Source of the DNA: Squalus acanthias
Lineage: Eukaryota
Length of the DNA stretch: 64,000 nucleotides
Direction: 5' to 3'
Assembly (NCBI GenBank): GCA_030390025.1
Contig: CM059432.1
Location: forward strand, 70,620,001 to 70,684,000
Made by a program: the position numbers and the translations under genes. Under the pieces are notes generated by a model, which did no database searches, had not been told where the DNA came from, and was given only the letters and a program-made list of their open reading frames with translations. Positions 40,794 through 53,704 of the stretch are shown in pieces; within the stretch, counting starts at the first letter, position 1; each line of letters starts with the position of its first letter.

Positions 40794-41652
40794 TTTAAAA
40801 TAAAACTGTTGGACTATAACCTGGTGTTGTGCGACCTCTCAACTTATATTCTATGCCATGGCTAATAAAGGCAAGCATTCCGTATGCCTTCTTAACCACC
40901 TTATCTACCTATCCTACTACCTTCAGGGATCTGTGGACATGCACTCCAAGGTCCCTCTGATCTTCTGCACTTCAGTGTCCTACCATTTATTGTGTATTCC
41001 CTTGCCTTGTTAGCCCTCCCCAAATGCATTCCCTCACGCTTCTTTAGACTGAATTCCATTTGCCACTGTTCTGACCAATCCATTGATATCTTCCTGCAGC
41101 TTTCTTCATGATCAACCACATGGCCAATTTTTGTATCATGTGCAAACTTCTTAATCATACTTCCTACATTCAAGTCCAAATCATTGATATATATACCACA
41201 AAAAGCAAAGGACCCAGTACTGAGTCCTGCGGAACCCCACAGGAACAGCCTTCCAGTCACAAAAACACCCTTCGACCATTACCCTTTGTTTCCTGCCTCT
41301 GAGCCAATTTTGGATCCAACTTGCCACTTTCCCTATTACTGCGGTGTCAATAGTGCATTTTCTGCTCATGTTATCATCTTCAAATTGGCCAATTTTACAG
41401 ACCCAGATTCATGAATGCCACAACCTCAATTCCTTTACTACTCTGCAGTTTTAAGTAATCCAGTCTGATAGCGTGAACATCTAGGAGGATTATAATCTCA
41501 ATAAAAGAAACAGCTACACAGAGAGTTAGGCTCCCAAACCTATGATGGACAACACTGCAACTAGGAACAAAGTTAGAAGAACTGTTTTCACACAAGAGGG
41601 TTGTTTTAACATTAAATGCTTTACCACAAATGGCTATGGAGGCAAAGGTAAT

Positions 41653-42369
41653 GGCCTGGAAATTGCGGTCGGAGGCTTGCTGCGGGCAAACGCCTCCAAA
41701 GCACAAGAAAATTCCGCACTTACCTGCTGCCTCCGGACCTTCGAATTCTTGCAGTCCTAGGCCTGCAGGTGTACACCTGCATAAAGGCCTACGTAGCCAT
41801 GGGGTGCATGCAGTTCGCAGGCCAACAAATGACAAAGGGGGATTCCTATTAGGCTTACGTACGGAATCCCCATAAGCATAATAGGAATCACCTAAAATAC
41901 ATTTCCACAACACAGAAATAAAAATAAATCATCACAGCTTCAAAATTAATTAAAATACCATTTAAACAAACATTTAAAATAAAATTTTAAAAATTTTAAA
42001 AATAAATGTAAACATTTTTAAACAGGACATAAATAACCTAAACTAATTTTAAATGCAAGGGAATGTTTAAATCATTTAAAAATATTAATTTTAACATTTA
42101 TTTAAACCCTTATGCTGGTAAAAAAAAAAAAGCCTTATGCCTGCTTTTCCCAGGCACAAGGGTTTGGTGGGTATTCACTGGGCAGTAGTTGGGCAACTAG
42201 CCCAACTCTGCGCCAGCAAATGTCAATTTCCAGCAGGTGCGCACGATCTGTCAAGCAGAAACTTGACAGATAGCAAGTTCCGGGTTTTCACGCATGCGCA
42301 TCGCATGCAGAAACCCAGAACTTGCGGGGCATTTACGACGGTGTCATAGGCCCCCATAAAATCCAGGCC
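41653..42369. mobile_element. Non-autonomous Harbinger derivative (717 bp) related to transposon 3
   Basis: TIRs GGCCTGGA / TCCAGGCC; TSD AAT; both subtermini align with the ends of 23688-28190. Confidence 0.88.
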
Positions 42370-42946
42370 AATAGCACGGAGATTCATGTGGAAGGCTTTG
42401 GGGGTGGATCTAGGGCACCTGTCCCAGAGATGGGCCTTGACCCCAACCCTAATCCCATTGTCACAAGTACAGTATATTTTGGGCATGCATCTATGCCATT
42501 TTCAACAACTCGAGATACCTGCCTCAGTGGGGACAGGGGAAATATTGCCACAGTGTAAATGGGCCAGTTGCCACAGCCAAAGAGCTTAGATTAAAAATTA
42601 GAGCTTTAAAAAAGTGTGTCTCTTTCGCCATGGCCATCAATTGCAAGAGAAACCATCTTTTAAATAAAAAAATCTCACTGGCCTCACTTCCATCAGGATC
42701 AGATGTTCATTGCAGTAGGGCAATGGAAGCAGAACTGCCGATGCCATCATCCTGCCCACACAGAAAAGGGCGAATGCAAGAAAAAGCCTGTCCACCACTT
42801 CAGCAGAATTTTAAAACCCTACCCACACAGAAAAGGGTGGTGACCCAACAAAACCAGGTCCTACCCTAAATTCCTCCCATACCTGTCTATGCTGTGCAAT
42901 TTATTTGCCCCAAAACAGGAATTTTTAGAAAAGTTCGAAGTACATA

Positions 42947-43487
42947 AGGAGAAAAATTCGGTGGCGCCCCTTTTGGAACACTAACGTCGCCGGGGCGCTA
43001 CTGGACGCGCTCCCCTCCTCCCTGGGGCGCTACCATTGAATATCGCGGCGCTACGTGCAACAGCGCCACGCACGTCAGCACATAGCACCTTGGTATTGCA
43101 GGCCTCCCCCCCCCCCCCCCGATTAAAGGGGAGGGGCCTAGCGCAGCGTGCACCGGGGCCCTGCTGGACCACCGGGGAGCGGGAAAACAGCCCAGCACTC
43201 CTCCAATCGCGGCCGGCACCCCGCATAAAAAAGCGTAAGGGGACAGGTGCCGACAGGTGGCCCAAAAAAATGGCCGCCCGGCCCGTGTACTTTAATTTCC
43301 ACCGCCGCGGCCGCAAAACCACCACCACCCTGACCCTGTCGGACACATCGTTCGGCGGTAGATCAGGGGGTGCTGAATTTCACGGGAGGAGTTAGCGGCG
43401 CCACGCCCAGGCGCTAGGGGCTTTGCGCCCCGTTAGCGCTCCTCGGGGGCACTAATGGGAAGCGCAAAGCAACCCAATTTTTCCCCC
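42947..43487. mobile_element. GC/CpG-rich Harbinger-type MITE (541 bp)
   Basis: Right TIR reverse complement GGGGGAAAAATTGGGTTGC, left AGGAGAAAAATTCGGTGGC; TSD ATA; resembles the left end of transposon 1. Confidence 0.75.
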
Positions 43488-44111
43488 ATAGTATTTAAAA
43501 GGGAAGTGGATGAACATTTGAAAAGAAAGAAAGCCAAAACAAATGGAGAAAGGACAAGGAAATGCGATAAATATAGATAGCTTCAATTGAATAACTAGCA
43601 TTGGCAAGATGGGCCAAATGGTTGCATCCTCTACTTTAAATTCTAGGATGTTATGGCAGTACATAGCATTGAAAGTAAATACTAGTGAGCACCTTTTCTA
43701 CACTAAATTATTTCCATTCTGCCCTATCAAATACACTCTTGCGATCCAGTGTGCAACTGCCAGATTTTCATCAAATCCCATGAGGATTTGATGATTCTCA
43801 GGAAACATCATCTACAAGATCAAATCTGAGTTTATTCATAGAAATATTGTCAGGGAATCAGCTGTGTAAAAATCCAGTGCTGTGAACACAGTATGCACTA
43901 CTGCATTTGGAGCAAAATCAATTAGCCGTGGATATTAAATCATCAGATCAAGAAAAACAAGATACTGTATCAAGTTGTCAAGTTCAAATGCCACGATCAG
44001 TTTTTTGTACCCCAATAGTAACCCATTTATTCCTCCAGGCATCCAACCCACAAATCAGGTGGTAGAATAGAGAGTTAAGCTATTAAACCTCCACAAATAG
44101 AAAAGTAAAAT

Positions 44112-44510
44112 AGAAAGACTTGCATTTATATACAGTAGCGCCTTTCACAACCACCGGAAACGCGGCAGCCAATTTGCACACAGCAAACTCGCACAAACAG
44201 CAATGTGATAATGACCAGATAATCTGTTTTAGTGATGTTGATTGAGGGATAAATATTAGCCAGGACACCCGGGATAACTTCCCTACTCTTTCGAAATAGT
44301 GCCTTGGGATCTTTTACATCCACCTGAGAGCAGACGGGGCCTCCGTTTAACGTCTCATCCAAAAGACGTACCTCAGATAGTGCAGCACTCCCTCAGTACT
44401 GCACTGGAGTTTCAGCCTAGAATTTTGTGCTCAAGTCTCTGGAGTGGGACTTGAACCTACAACCTTCTGACTCAGAGGCGAGGGTGCTACTAACTGAGCC
44501 ACTGGCTGAA
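44112..44510 (-). mobile_element. tRNA-derived DeuSINE (SacSINE1-like)
   Basis: Minus strand A box TGGCTCAGTTAG, B box GGTTCAAGTCCC, Deu-like core (GGATGAGACGTTAAAC...GGATGTAAAAGATCCC), L2-like tail. Confidence 0.8.
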
Positions 44511-44817
44511 AACAAAAAGCGCGTGCAAATTGCATTTCCCACATGAATTCTAATGGCAGCTTGCCCAACATTTTTACAAGTGTAGCTTTTGGATTACTGT
44601 GAATATTGCACCCTCTAGTGATGCAAGAATTTTTTTTTTTTTAAATTGCCTCCTCAAAATTATAAGGCATTCCTCACTTGAAATGTATATCACGGAGACT
44701 GCTGCCCTCTGATGGCAGGCAGTCTCAAGGTTGACACTATAGCTGGCATATATTTACATTTGTGCAAGTTATGATAAATTGTTCTCAGTATGTAGTGATT
44801 ATGTTATTGGACTAGTA

Positions 44818-46172
44818 ATAGATAAAAAGGAGGTACTAAAAAGGTTGGCAGTGCTCAAAAGTAGAAAAGTCAGCAGATCTGGATGGAATGCATCCTAGGC
44901 TGCCGAGGGAAAGAAGGGTGGAGATTATGAAGGCTCTGGCCACAATCTTCCAATCCGCCTTAGATACTAATGTGGTGCCAGAGGATGGTTGGATTTAAAA
45001 TGTTACACCCCTATTCAAAAAAAAGGGAGATGAACCCAGCAATTACAGGCCAGTAAGCATATCAGTAGTGGGGAAAACTTGTACAGACAATAATCAGAGA
45101 CAAAATTAATTGGCACTTGTAAAAGTATGGGCCAATAAATGAAAGTCAGCATAGATTGTTAGACAAATTTGTTTGACTAACTTGATTGAGTTCTATGATG
45201 AAGTAATGGAGAGGGTTGATGAGGGTAGTGTGGTTGATATTGTGGAAATGAACATTCAAAATGCATTTGATAAAGTACCACATAATAGACTGGTTAGCAA
45301 AATTAAAGCCAGTGGGATTAAAGGGACAGTGGCACCATGGACACAAAATTGGCTAAGGGACAGAAAGCAGAAAGTAATGGTGAACTGTTGTTTTTCCAGA
45401 CTAAAGGGAAGTATACAATGGTGTCCCCCAGGGGTCGGTAAGGACCACTGCTTTTTGATGTATATTAATGACCTGGACTTGGGTATACAGGATATAATTT
45501 CAAAGTTTGCAGATGACACGAAACTCAGAAATGTAATAAACAATGTGGAAGATAGTAACAGACTTCAGGAGGACATAGACTGGTGAAATGGGCAGATACA
45601 TGGCAGATTAAATTGATCAGAGAAATGTGAAGTAATACATTTTGGTAGGAAGAATGAGTAGAGGCAATATAAACTAAATGGTACAATTTTAAAGGGGGTG
45701 CAGGAACAGAAAGACCTGGGGTGTATGTACACAAATCTTTGAAGGTGACAGGATAAGTTGAGAAGGCTATTAAAAAAAGCATATGGGATCCTTGGCTTTT
45801 AATTGCGTCAGAGTGCAAAAGCAAATAAGTTATGCTAAACTTTTACAAAACACTGGTTAGGCCTCAGCTGGAGAAACAGTTTCCAATGGCAGAAGGGTCA
45901 ATAACCAGGGGACACAGATTTAAGGTGATTGGCAAAAGAACCAGAGGTGACATGAGAAAACATTCTTTTATGCAGCGTGTTGTGATCTGGAATGCACTGC
46001 CTGAAAGGATGGTGGAAGCAGATTCAATAGTAACTCTCAAAAGGGAACTGTATAAATACTTGAAAGGAAAAAAATGACAGGGCTGGGGGAGAAAAAAAGT
46101 GGGACAAATTGGATAGCTCTACCAAAGAGGCAGCACAGACATGATTTCTGTGCTGTCCCATTCTATGATTCT
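44818..46172 (+). mobile_element. CR1 LINE with internal deletion near 45870
   Basis: [31 protein letters not shown] fused directly to KQFPMAEG; tail TTCTATGATTCTAT. Confidence 0.88.
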
Positions 46173-46565
46173 ATAATCCAGAGGCTTGGACTAATAATCC
46201 AGAGAATGAGAGTTCAAATCCCACCATGGCAGCTTGAGAATTTGAATTCAGTTTTAAAAATCTGGCATCAGTGACCACAAATATATCAGATTGTTGTAAA
46301 AACCCAACTGGTTCACCAATATCCTTTAAAGGAAGGAAACCTGCCGCCTTCACCCGGTCTGGCCTATATGCGACTTCAGTCCTACACCAATGTGGCTACT
46401 CGAACAGCCCTTTGAAGTGGCCTAGCAAGCTACTCACTTGCATCAAACCACTACAAAAGAGCACCTTCACCACATGGACTGCAGCAATTCAATAAGGCAG
46501 CCAACCACCACCTTCATGGTAACTAGGAATGGCTGACTTTTCCAGCAAAGCCCATATGCCCAATT
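46173..46565 (+). mobile_element. HE1-like SINE
   Basis: B-box-like AGTTCAAATCCC; 3' part resembles the LINE tail at 17720-17830; a reverse copy lies at ~55683-55860. Confidence 0.55.
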
Positions 46566-48480
46566 TTTTTGTTGTTGCAAAAGTTGTTAAAATGTGGCAA
46601 TTGCTCACTCTTAGATGCCCTGAAGAGGTGATGGGCCTTATTCTTGAACTGCTGCAGTCCTTGGGCTGATGGTGCTCCCACAAAGGTGTTAGGTAGGGAA
46701 TGGCAGGATATCGACCCAGCAACGCCAGAGGAATGGTGAAATATATCAAAGTCTAGATATTGGGGGACTTGCAGAGTTGGTATTACATGACGCTGCTGCT
46801 CTTGTCCTTCTTGGTGCTAGAGGTTGTGGGGGAGGGAGGTGCTGCCGCCAAAGTAAGCTTGGCGAGTTGGTGAACTGCAGCCTGTAGTTAATAAATACTA
46901 TGGCCACGGTTTTGATATGGCTGGTTCAGTTAAGTTTTAGTCAGTGTTGACTGCGAACATGTTGATGGTGGAGAACTCAGCAATGGTGATTCTGTTAAAG
47001 GTCAGAGAGAGGTGGTTGGGCTTTCACTTGTTTTATGGTCATTGCAAAGAATTTATGCAAAACAGACACTATTTTCTGATGAGATATATAGATATATCTA
47101 CACAACTTGTCCCTTATAGTAGGGTATTTATCATATGGTTTGCAGACAAACTGCAACCGTTGGATCAGAAGCAACCTAGTTCCATCCCACCAGTTGTTAA
47201 AGTACTGGAGCTGCCTCATCATTTTAAGGGCCAGAATATTAATGGCCAGAGTACCTGAATTTTCCTATTTGGCAGGAATTTCACACAAGATTATGATGTC
47301 ATGCCCAAGAGCACGGATCACTTGCCTACATAATATCCACAAATCTCACCTTTGTTTTTTTTCCTTGTTCTCTCTGGAGAGTGCCTGTAGCTTTAATAAA
47401 GGGACTTTCACTGGCACGATGAATCCTGGGATAGCCCTACCTTACAACAATCTTCTTTTACCCTCCAGCAAGAGAAATGAAGTGCACACAAAGAATACAT
47501 CCTGAAGGATGAATTATTAGCTCTATTTAATGTGATGAAAGTGAGAACCACATTTTAACTGCCTGTCACATTGCTGGGAAGTTAGGAAGACAGGGCTCAA
47601 ATACGAGAAGCAATGATCACCATTCTCTACAGATTTTTAGCGACTGAAAATAGCTGATACAGTAGTCCTTTGTCATTATTAAAATGTTAATGATGGTATA
47701 GTGGATAACAGATTTTTTTTTTTTTTAAATATCCTAAACACCAAACCTTATTGGCAGAGCTTTTATATTTCAGCTAATACCTACCTCCCTTATGTAAGCC
47801 CATCTCCTCCAGGTGATTTTTTAAATAAGTGACATGACTCATAACTGAATAGCAGTTACTCCAAACAGACATTAGCAGTAATAAGACAGCCAACCAGGAA
47901 TAAAGTACAGACAGGCTGTCCCCTGTGACAAGTCTGATGCAGCTTTCCACTTATAACCATGTTAATGTTTTTGGCACGAGTCAACACTTAGATATAACAT
48001 TTTCCGTGATGTGTGCATATCCAAAGATTTATTTAATATTGGCAACCCTGATTTCAGCCTCCTTCAAAAAGGTTTACAAGAGCTGTGCTTGAACAAGCCA
48101 CTGCTCGAGATTGTGGCCCATGGCCATCATTTAATGAGTAATCTTGCGTTACAAAGGGTTTATTTGATCTTGAAGCATCCATCTACTAGTAAACATTTCC
48201 CTGAATTCATCTTGTTCTCTATAGCCCACTTTTCTATTTCCTTATTATTAAATGCTCTGGTTGTCCTTAACTGACCTTCTTTAAGCTTCTAGTCCTCACT
48301 GCCTACAGTAGTATTGCAGTATGCTGCACTATTAGGAGTCACTATAAAAATACTAAAAGCTAGTGGTTGTTTATTTATTAAAAAAAGTTCAACTTTTATT
48401 TGCTTACATTTCAAAAAACAAGACTATGTTTAAGTATTAAAAGACATGTATAATTAGACCTAACATGAGTTAACAATAAA

Positions 48481-48774
48481 TTATTCATTAGGTTTACTTG
48501 GTAGTGATGGCAGTTTTCCAGACACTGCATTCTTTTTAGCTTTCAGTTGGGGAGTCAGCTCCCTGGATTTAAAGAAACTTGTTTTTGAAGGTGAGCCAAC
48601 TGCCAGTTTGGATCCAGTTAAATTTGCAAACAGCCTTTTTTTTGTTTGTGGTGGTCTTTCAGCATTCAATAGCTTTGTAGAGAGAGCAAGCTCTTCCTGG
48701 AGTTTCAACACCTTATCTTGCAGTTGATTGATTTGGCCAACATGTTCTTCTTCAACGTCCTTAAGCATTTTCTC
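48481..48774 (-). CDS. Terminal exon of coiled-coil protein, probable KIF20A-like kinesin tail
   Basis: Acceptor after pyrimidine tract; EKMLKDVEEEH...LPSKPNE-stop; minus-strand AATAAA at 48370-48400; phase 0 fits the preceding exon. Confidence 0.75.
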   Translation of the reverse strand, partial: EKMLKDVEEEHVGQINQLQDKVLKLQEELALSTKLLNAERPPQTKKRLFANLTGSKLAVGSPSKTSFFKSRELTPQLKAKKNAVSGKLPSLPSKPNE

Positions 48775-49574
48775 CTTCGAAGAAGGCGGTGAGGTGGAAC
48801 AGAATAAAAAGGGAATTTTAGAAAGTATTATTCAAAATAAGTTTGGTTTTGTGAAACTCTTTAGTACCATAACAGTTCTAGAATAATGCAGAATTCATAC
48901 AGGACTCAAAATGTACTATGTGCAATTTATTCAGATCTATTGTATAGAATTATTCCTTAAAATAATTGCTTGGGCTGGTATTTTATATTTTGATGATCTA
49001 GTTTGAAATACTAAAAGTAGCCAACCTATGTATCAGCATTTCACCTACAGACAGCACATTTTAGAAAAAGAAAGCATGAAGTTAGAGAGTTTTGTTTAAA
49101 TTATGAACTGTGGAACAAAATTGACCATTTTCATCTACAAAAGTACAGAAATCTTGGGAAGTAAGCCAATAAGCAGGGACTGAATGGTCTAATTGTGTTG
49201 CATTCAGAGACTACACACAAATTACCTATCAACTGCACTACCCATTGGATACAGTTGAAATTTCCCCGAGCGCACATCCAGTGCAGGGGATCTAGTGGAG
49301 CTTCATAGTATCTAAACATAATTTACATTCTGCTGCCCTGACCACCTGCAGTCTGGAAAATTACATTTTCATGGTCTCAGCAGCAGATTAATTCTCAAAC
49401 ACTGTACCCCATACTCCATCACCCTTGATTCTATTTTTAAATTAGATAATTTTAATGCAATATTTACTTTCTGGAAAAAAAAGGATTCTAATCTCAGTTG
49501 GAGCTCAATGATTTTATGCTTATATCCTCTGATCAAGTTAAATAACCTGGTTGCATCTACATTATGTCTAATCA

Positions 49575-50540
49575 TTCATAGTATAATATGGCACAGAGGA
49601 GGCCATTCGGCCCATCGTCCCTGTGCCAGTTCCTTGGAAGAGACCCTCTCCCTTGCTCTTTCCCCATAGCCCTATAATTTTTTCCCCTTTCGAGTATTTG
49701 TCCAATTCCCTCTTAAAAGTTACTTTTGAATCTGCTTCCACCACCCCTTTGAGGCAGTGCATTCCAGATCGTAACTCGCTGCATAGAAAAAAAGTTTTTT
49801 GCACATTGGCACTCTTGCTAATCACCTTGAATGTGTCCCCTCTGGTTACTGAACCTCTGCGACTGGAAACAGTTTCTCCTTATTTGCTCTATCAACTCTC
49901 CTCTTAACCTTCTCTGCTTTGAAAACAACAGCGGCTTCTCCAGTCTCTCCACATAACTGAAGTCCTTCATCCCCGATACCATTCTAGTAAATTTCTTCTG
50001 CACCCTCCAAGGCCTTGTCATTCTTCCTAAATTTGAACTACACGCACTTTTCTGTTCCTGCACCACCTTTAAAATTGTACCATTTATTTTATATTGCCTC
50101 ACCTCATTCTTCCTACCAAATTGCATCACTTCACACTTCTCTGTTAAATTTCATCTGCCATGTGTCTGCCCATTTCACTAGTCTGTTACTATCCTCCACA
50201 TTGTTTACTACATTTCCAAGTTTCAGGTCATCTGCAAGCTTTGAAATTATGTCCCGTTTACCCAAGTCCAGATCATTAATATATATCAAAAAGAGCAGTG
50301 GTCCCAATACTGACCACTGGGGAACACCCCTGTATACTTCCCGCCAGTCTGAAAAACAACAGTTCACCACTACTGTTCTGCCCCTTAGACAATTTTGTAT
50401 CCATGCTCCCACTGTCTCTTTAATCCCATGGTCTTTAATTTTGTTAACAAGTTTATTATGTGGTACTTTATCAAATGACTTTTGAAAGTCCATATACACA
50501 GCAACCGCACTGCTCTGATCAACCCTCCCCGTTACTTCAT
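49575..50540 (-). mobile_element. CR1 LINE fragment
   Basis: [34 protein letters not shown]. Confidence 0.88.
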
Positions 50541-50761
50541 TCTACCTCTCAATCTTCACCATATAATAAATTCAATTTAGTTACTTTCCAGAAAAACCCA
50601 AAGCATGTTTTTTTTTTTTAAATACACTGCACATTTTAAGTGTGGTCTACATCTAATTACACAGGTAAAAATTACAACTAATTTTGGTAATACAGTTATG
50701 TCAAGATTCCATGTGCAGTTTAATAAACAGGGAATAAAAGTGCTTATATTAAAAAGTATAC

Positions 50762-50881
50762 CTGCTTTGTTATAGTCCAATTAAGTTTCTTCAATTCTTC
50801 ATTACATTCTTGATAATTTTTCTCTGCCTCTAGCAGAGCTGTACAAATCTCCTTCATCTCCCTAGTAATGGACCTGGTCAC
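50762..50881 (-). CDS. Internal exon (120 bp, phase 0-0) of minus-strand gene
   Basis: AG/GT bounded; VTRSITREMKEICTALLEAEKNYQECNEELKKLNWTITKQ. Confidence 0.8.
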
Positions 50882-51121
50882 CTAATACCAGAAGAGTTAA
50901 TGAATGGCAGTTTAAAATTCATATGTATTGTCTATATTTGTTTGTTTAAAAGTTTAACTAAAATATATGCATGATCAGAGAGACATTGCGATCAGAAAAT
51001 ATTAGTGTCTAGTTAGATGATGCTTTTGAGAAGCTAAGGTTATGGACCTTGGCCCTTAATACCATGACATATGATTTTAGCAAATTGAATTGGAAGCATT
51101 CATTGAGATTGTACATAATAC

Positions 51122-51204
51122 CTGATCCTTTTCTTCAAGCAGTTTCGCAGACTGTTCTTCAGATATGACTTTACTCTTATATAATTCTTTATATCTGTTT
51201 AACT
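51122..51204 (-). CDS. Internal exon (83 bp, phase 1-0) of minus-strand gene
   Basis: TTTTCTCCACAG acceptor; (E)LNRYKELYKSKVISEEQSAKLLEEKDQ; GT donor. Confidence 0.8.
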
Positions 51205-53704
51205 CTGTGGAGAAAATGCTTTTAGTCCTTTCTTGCATAATAATTTGACTAAAATCTCTAATTATAGATGTATACTCAGAAATAAAGAACAGAAGGATGA
51301 TTAAGTGAAAGCAAAGTGCAAAAGGACACCAATAGACATTTTACGAGTCTCTAATACCCAGCTCTCAATATATATGGAGCATAAAACATTCAAAAGTAAT
51401 TTAAATCTTCCCAGTTGATAGGTTAGGTTAGAAGAGATCAAATTTGGATTGACTGAATAGACTGCTGTACAGTTAATTTGAGGGTTTCATTTAAATATAA
51501 ACTACAAATATTGTGGGCTCTAGCAACAGAATCATTTAATATCTAAAATTATATAATAAGACTGGATGATTGTTGCATTGACAATTCTGGTATCATAGAA
51601 ACTTGCATTACATCTTACCAAAGTTCCAATTTTCCAGAACATAAACAGGGAAACATGCACAACTAACTCATGTACCATCAGTTTACAGCTTTTGAAATGT
51701 TACAAATATCAAAGAAAAAGAAAATTCCTTAATACAAATTTCAGTACAGAAGGAGGCCATTTGATCCACAATGCCTATACTGGTGCTAACGCTCCCATCA
51801 CAGCCATCCGATTCCTGGTCTCTCTCTGCAACCTTAACTTTTTTTTCCTCCTGGTGTCAAAGTTCCTTTTAAATATAGCCACCTGTGAAAATGTTCCGTA
51901 TTCTAATAATCCTGAAAAAAAATCCTTTAAACCTCACAATTTAGGATTCCAGTACGAATCCTAAAAAATTGTGCCTCAAGATTCACCAAGCAGTGAAATT
52001 AATCACAAAATATTGAACATTGCTACAAGATTCCTTCTGCTCCATTGAATACAGTCCTAGTAAATACCATAACTATATGTTCTCATCCTTGGCATCATCC
52101 TAGTAAATCATTTTCCATGGCTCAAATATCCTTTCCATAATGGGTTGCCAAAACTGCACACAGTAATCAATGTCTTTTACAGGATCATCACCTCCTTGCT
52201 TTTGAAATCAGTGGTCCCAAATCCATTTATCCTTTTTATGGCTTTTACCAACAGCAATCCTGCTTTTAAAAAAAGATTTATATTTATACCCCTAGATCTC
52301 TCCATTTTACTGTTCAGGGTACATTTCCATTCTCTGTTCCTTTCCCTCAAAATATACTTCACCTGAACATACATTTGTCAAATATTTGTCCACTAACTTT
52401 TATGTCCTTCCGTGGTCTCATGCAATCTTCTCAGTTTTCCATGTCCCTAATTTGGCGTGGTCAGTAAATTTTGATACAATTCCCTCTTTCTCCATATGGA
52501 GAAGTGCTCCCTGGGGCACTCCACATCTTGTCAATCAATAAATATCTATTTATTCCTACTCATGTCTTTTAACCACTATCCATGCTGCATCTTAACTACC
52601 AATCACCTTAAATCTTCTCAGCAAATATCTTGACACTTTATCAAGTACTTTTGAAAGTGTAAATATAAATCACAACTACTGCATTCCCTTTGCCCATATA
52701 TTCAGCAAACTTTAAAAAATGTGTTGGCCATCGCCCCCTCGCCTTACTAAGTGCTCACTACTATCCCTTAATATCATCTGTGTGGGATCATGTGCAAAAT
52801 GACTGCCATGGCAAAGTAACTGACTGTACATGAAGCATTTTGAAATTAGATAAGGTGTTATATCAATTAAAGTCTTTAGCAGTTCACCCACTACTGTTGA
52901 GGCCAATAGTTTTCTGGATTATTTATGCACCCTTTTTGTAAATACTAAAACATAGGTGCCATAAGTGCAAAGGCATTTTTTCCCCCCAGAACAGTAACTC
53001 CAAAATTTGGTTTGTGAGAAAAACGAAATTGTGTAACTAGTATACAAATTTACAATACCTGCCATTACATACTTTATAAGTAATGCAAATATGCCCATCA
53101 AGTACATGGAATTAAACTGTAATTTACCAAAAAGTAAAGAATTTACAGAAGTACAAGATTATAATATGAAATAAGATGTGACTGGTCTAAAGAGGATTTT
53201 TGCCTTCAATGTTCAGTCATAGCATATTTTAAACTAAACCTTCATTCTCAATTCAGTCATGAAAATTTAAAATTAGGTATAAAACCTAAAAGAACCACAA
53301 ATGGATTTTCAGAAGTCTTGAATGATAAAACACCATTCTTTTGCTCTGCTTAAAGCCTAGCATTCAATCAGCATCTCCTATATGGTGTTGACACTTTGAA
53401 AAACAAATGAACTTGCGTTTATTTAGCACCTCATCAGGTCAAGGCATCCCAAAGTATTTTACAAACAATGAATTACTTTTGAAATATAGTCACTGTTCGA
53501 TAGACAAACACGGCAACTAATTGCACACAGACAGCAAGTGACTGAATGACCAGATAATTTGTTTTTGGTGGTGATCAAGGGAGGAATGTTGAAACAGAAA
53601 GGAAGAGAAAAGCACCACAGAAAAGAAAACAGAAGGTAAGAAAAATAACTCTGAAATGTCATGTGTACACAGTGCATTTAATAAAACAATAATATAAAAA
53701 TTTA

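Larger units (their letters stand above)
38621..40842 (+). mobile_element. Penelope-like retroelement (Neptune-like), 5'-truncated, with inverted 3'-end duplication
   Basis: Perfect 13-bp TSD CTTATATTCTATG (38608-38620, 40843-40855); RT + GIY-YIG ORF; inverted arms 38658-39214 / 40285-40842. Confidence 0.95.
37955..41335 (-). mobile_element. CR1 LINE (second family) interrupted by a short CR1 tail and the Penelope element
   Basis: Tail CATAGAATCATAGAA; RT peptides YINDLDLNVGSMIKKFAHDTKIG and WIQNWLRGRKQRVMVEG resume after 40855. Confidence 0.8.

Noticed and set aside
44440..44510. tRNA gene
   Set aside because: A/B boxes are the head of a SINE; no complete cloverleaf.
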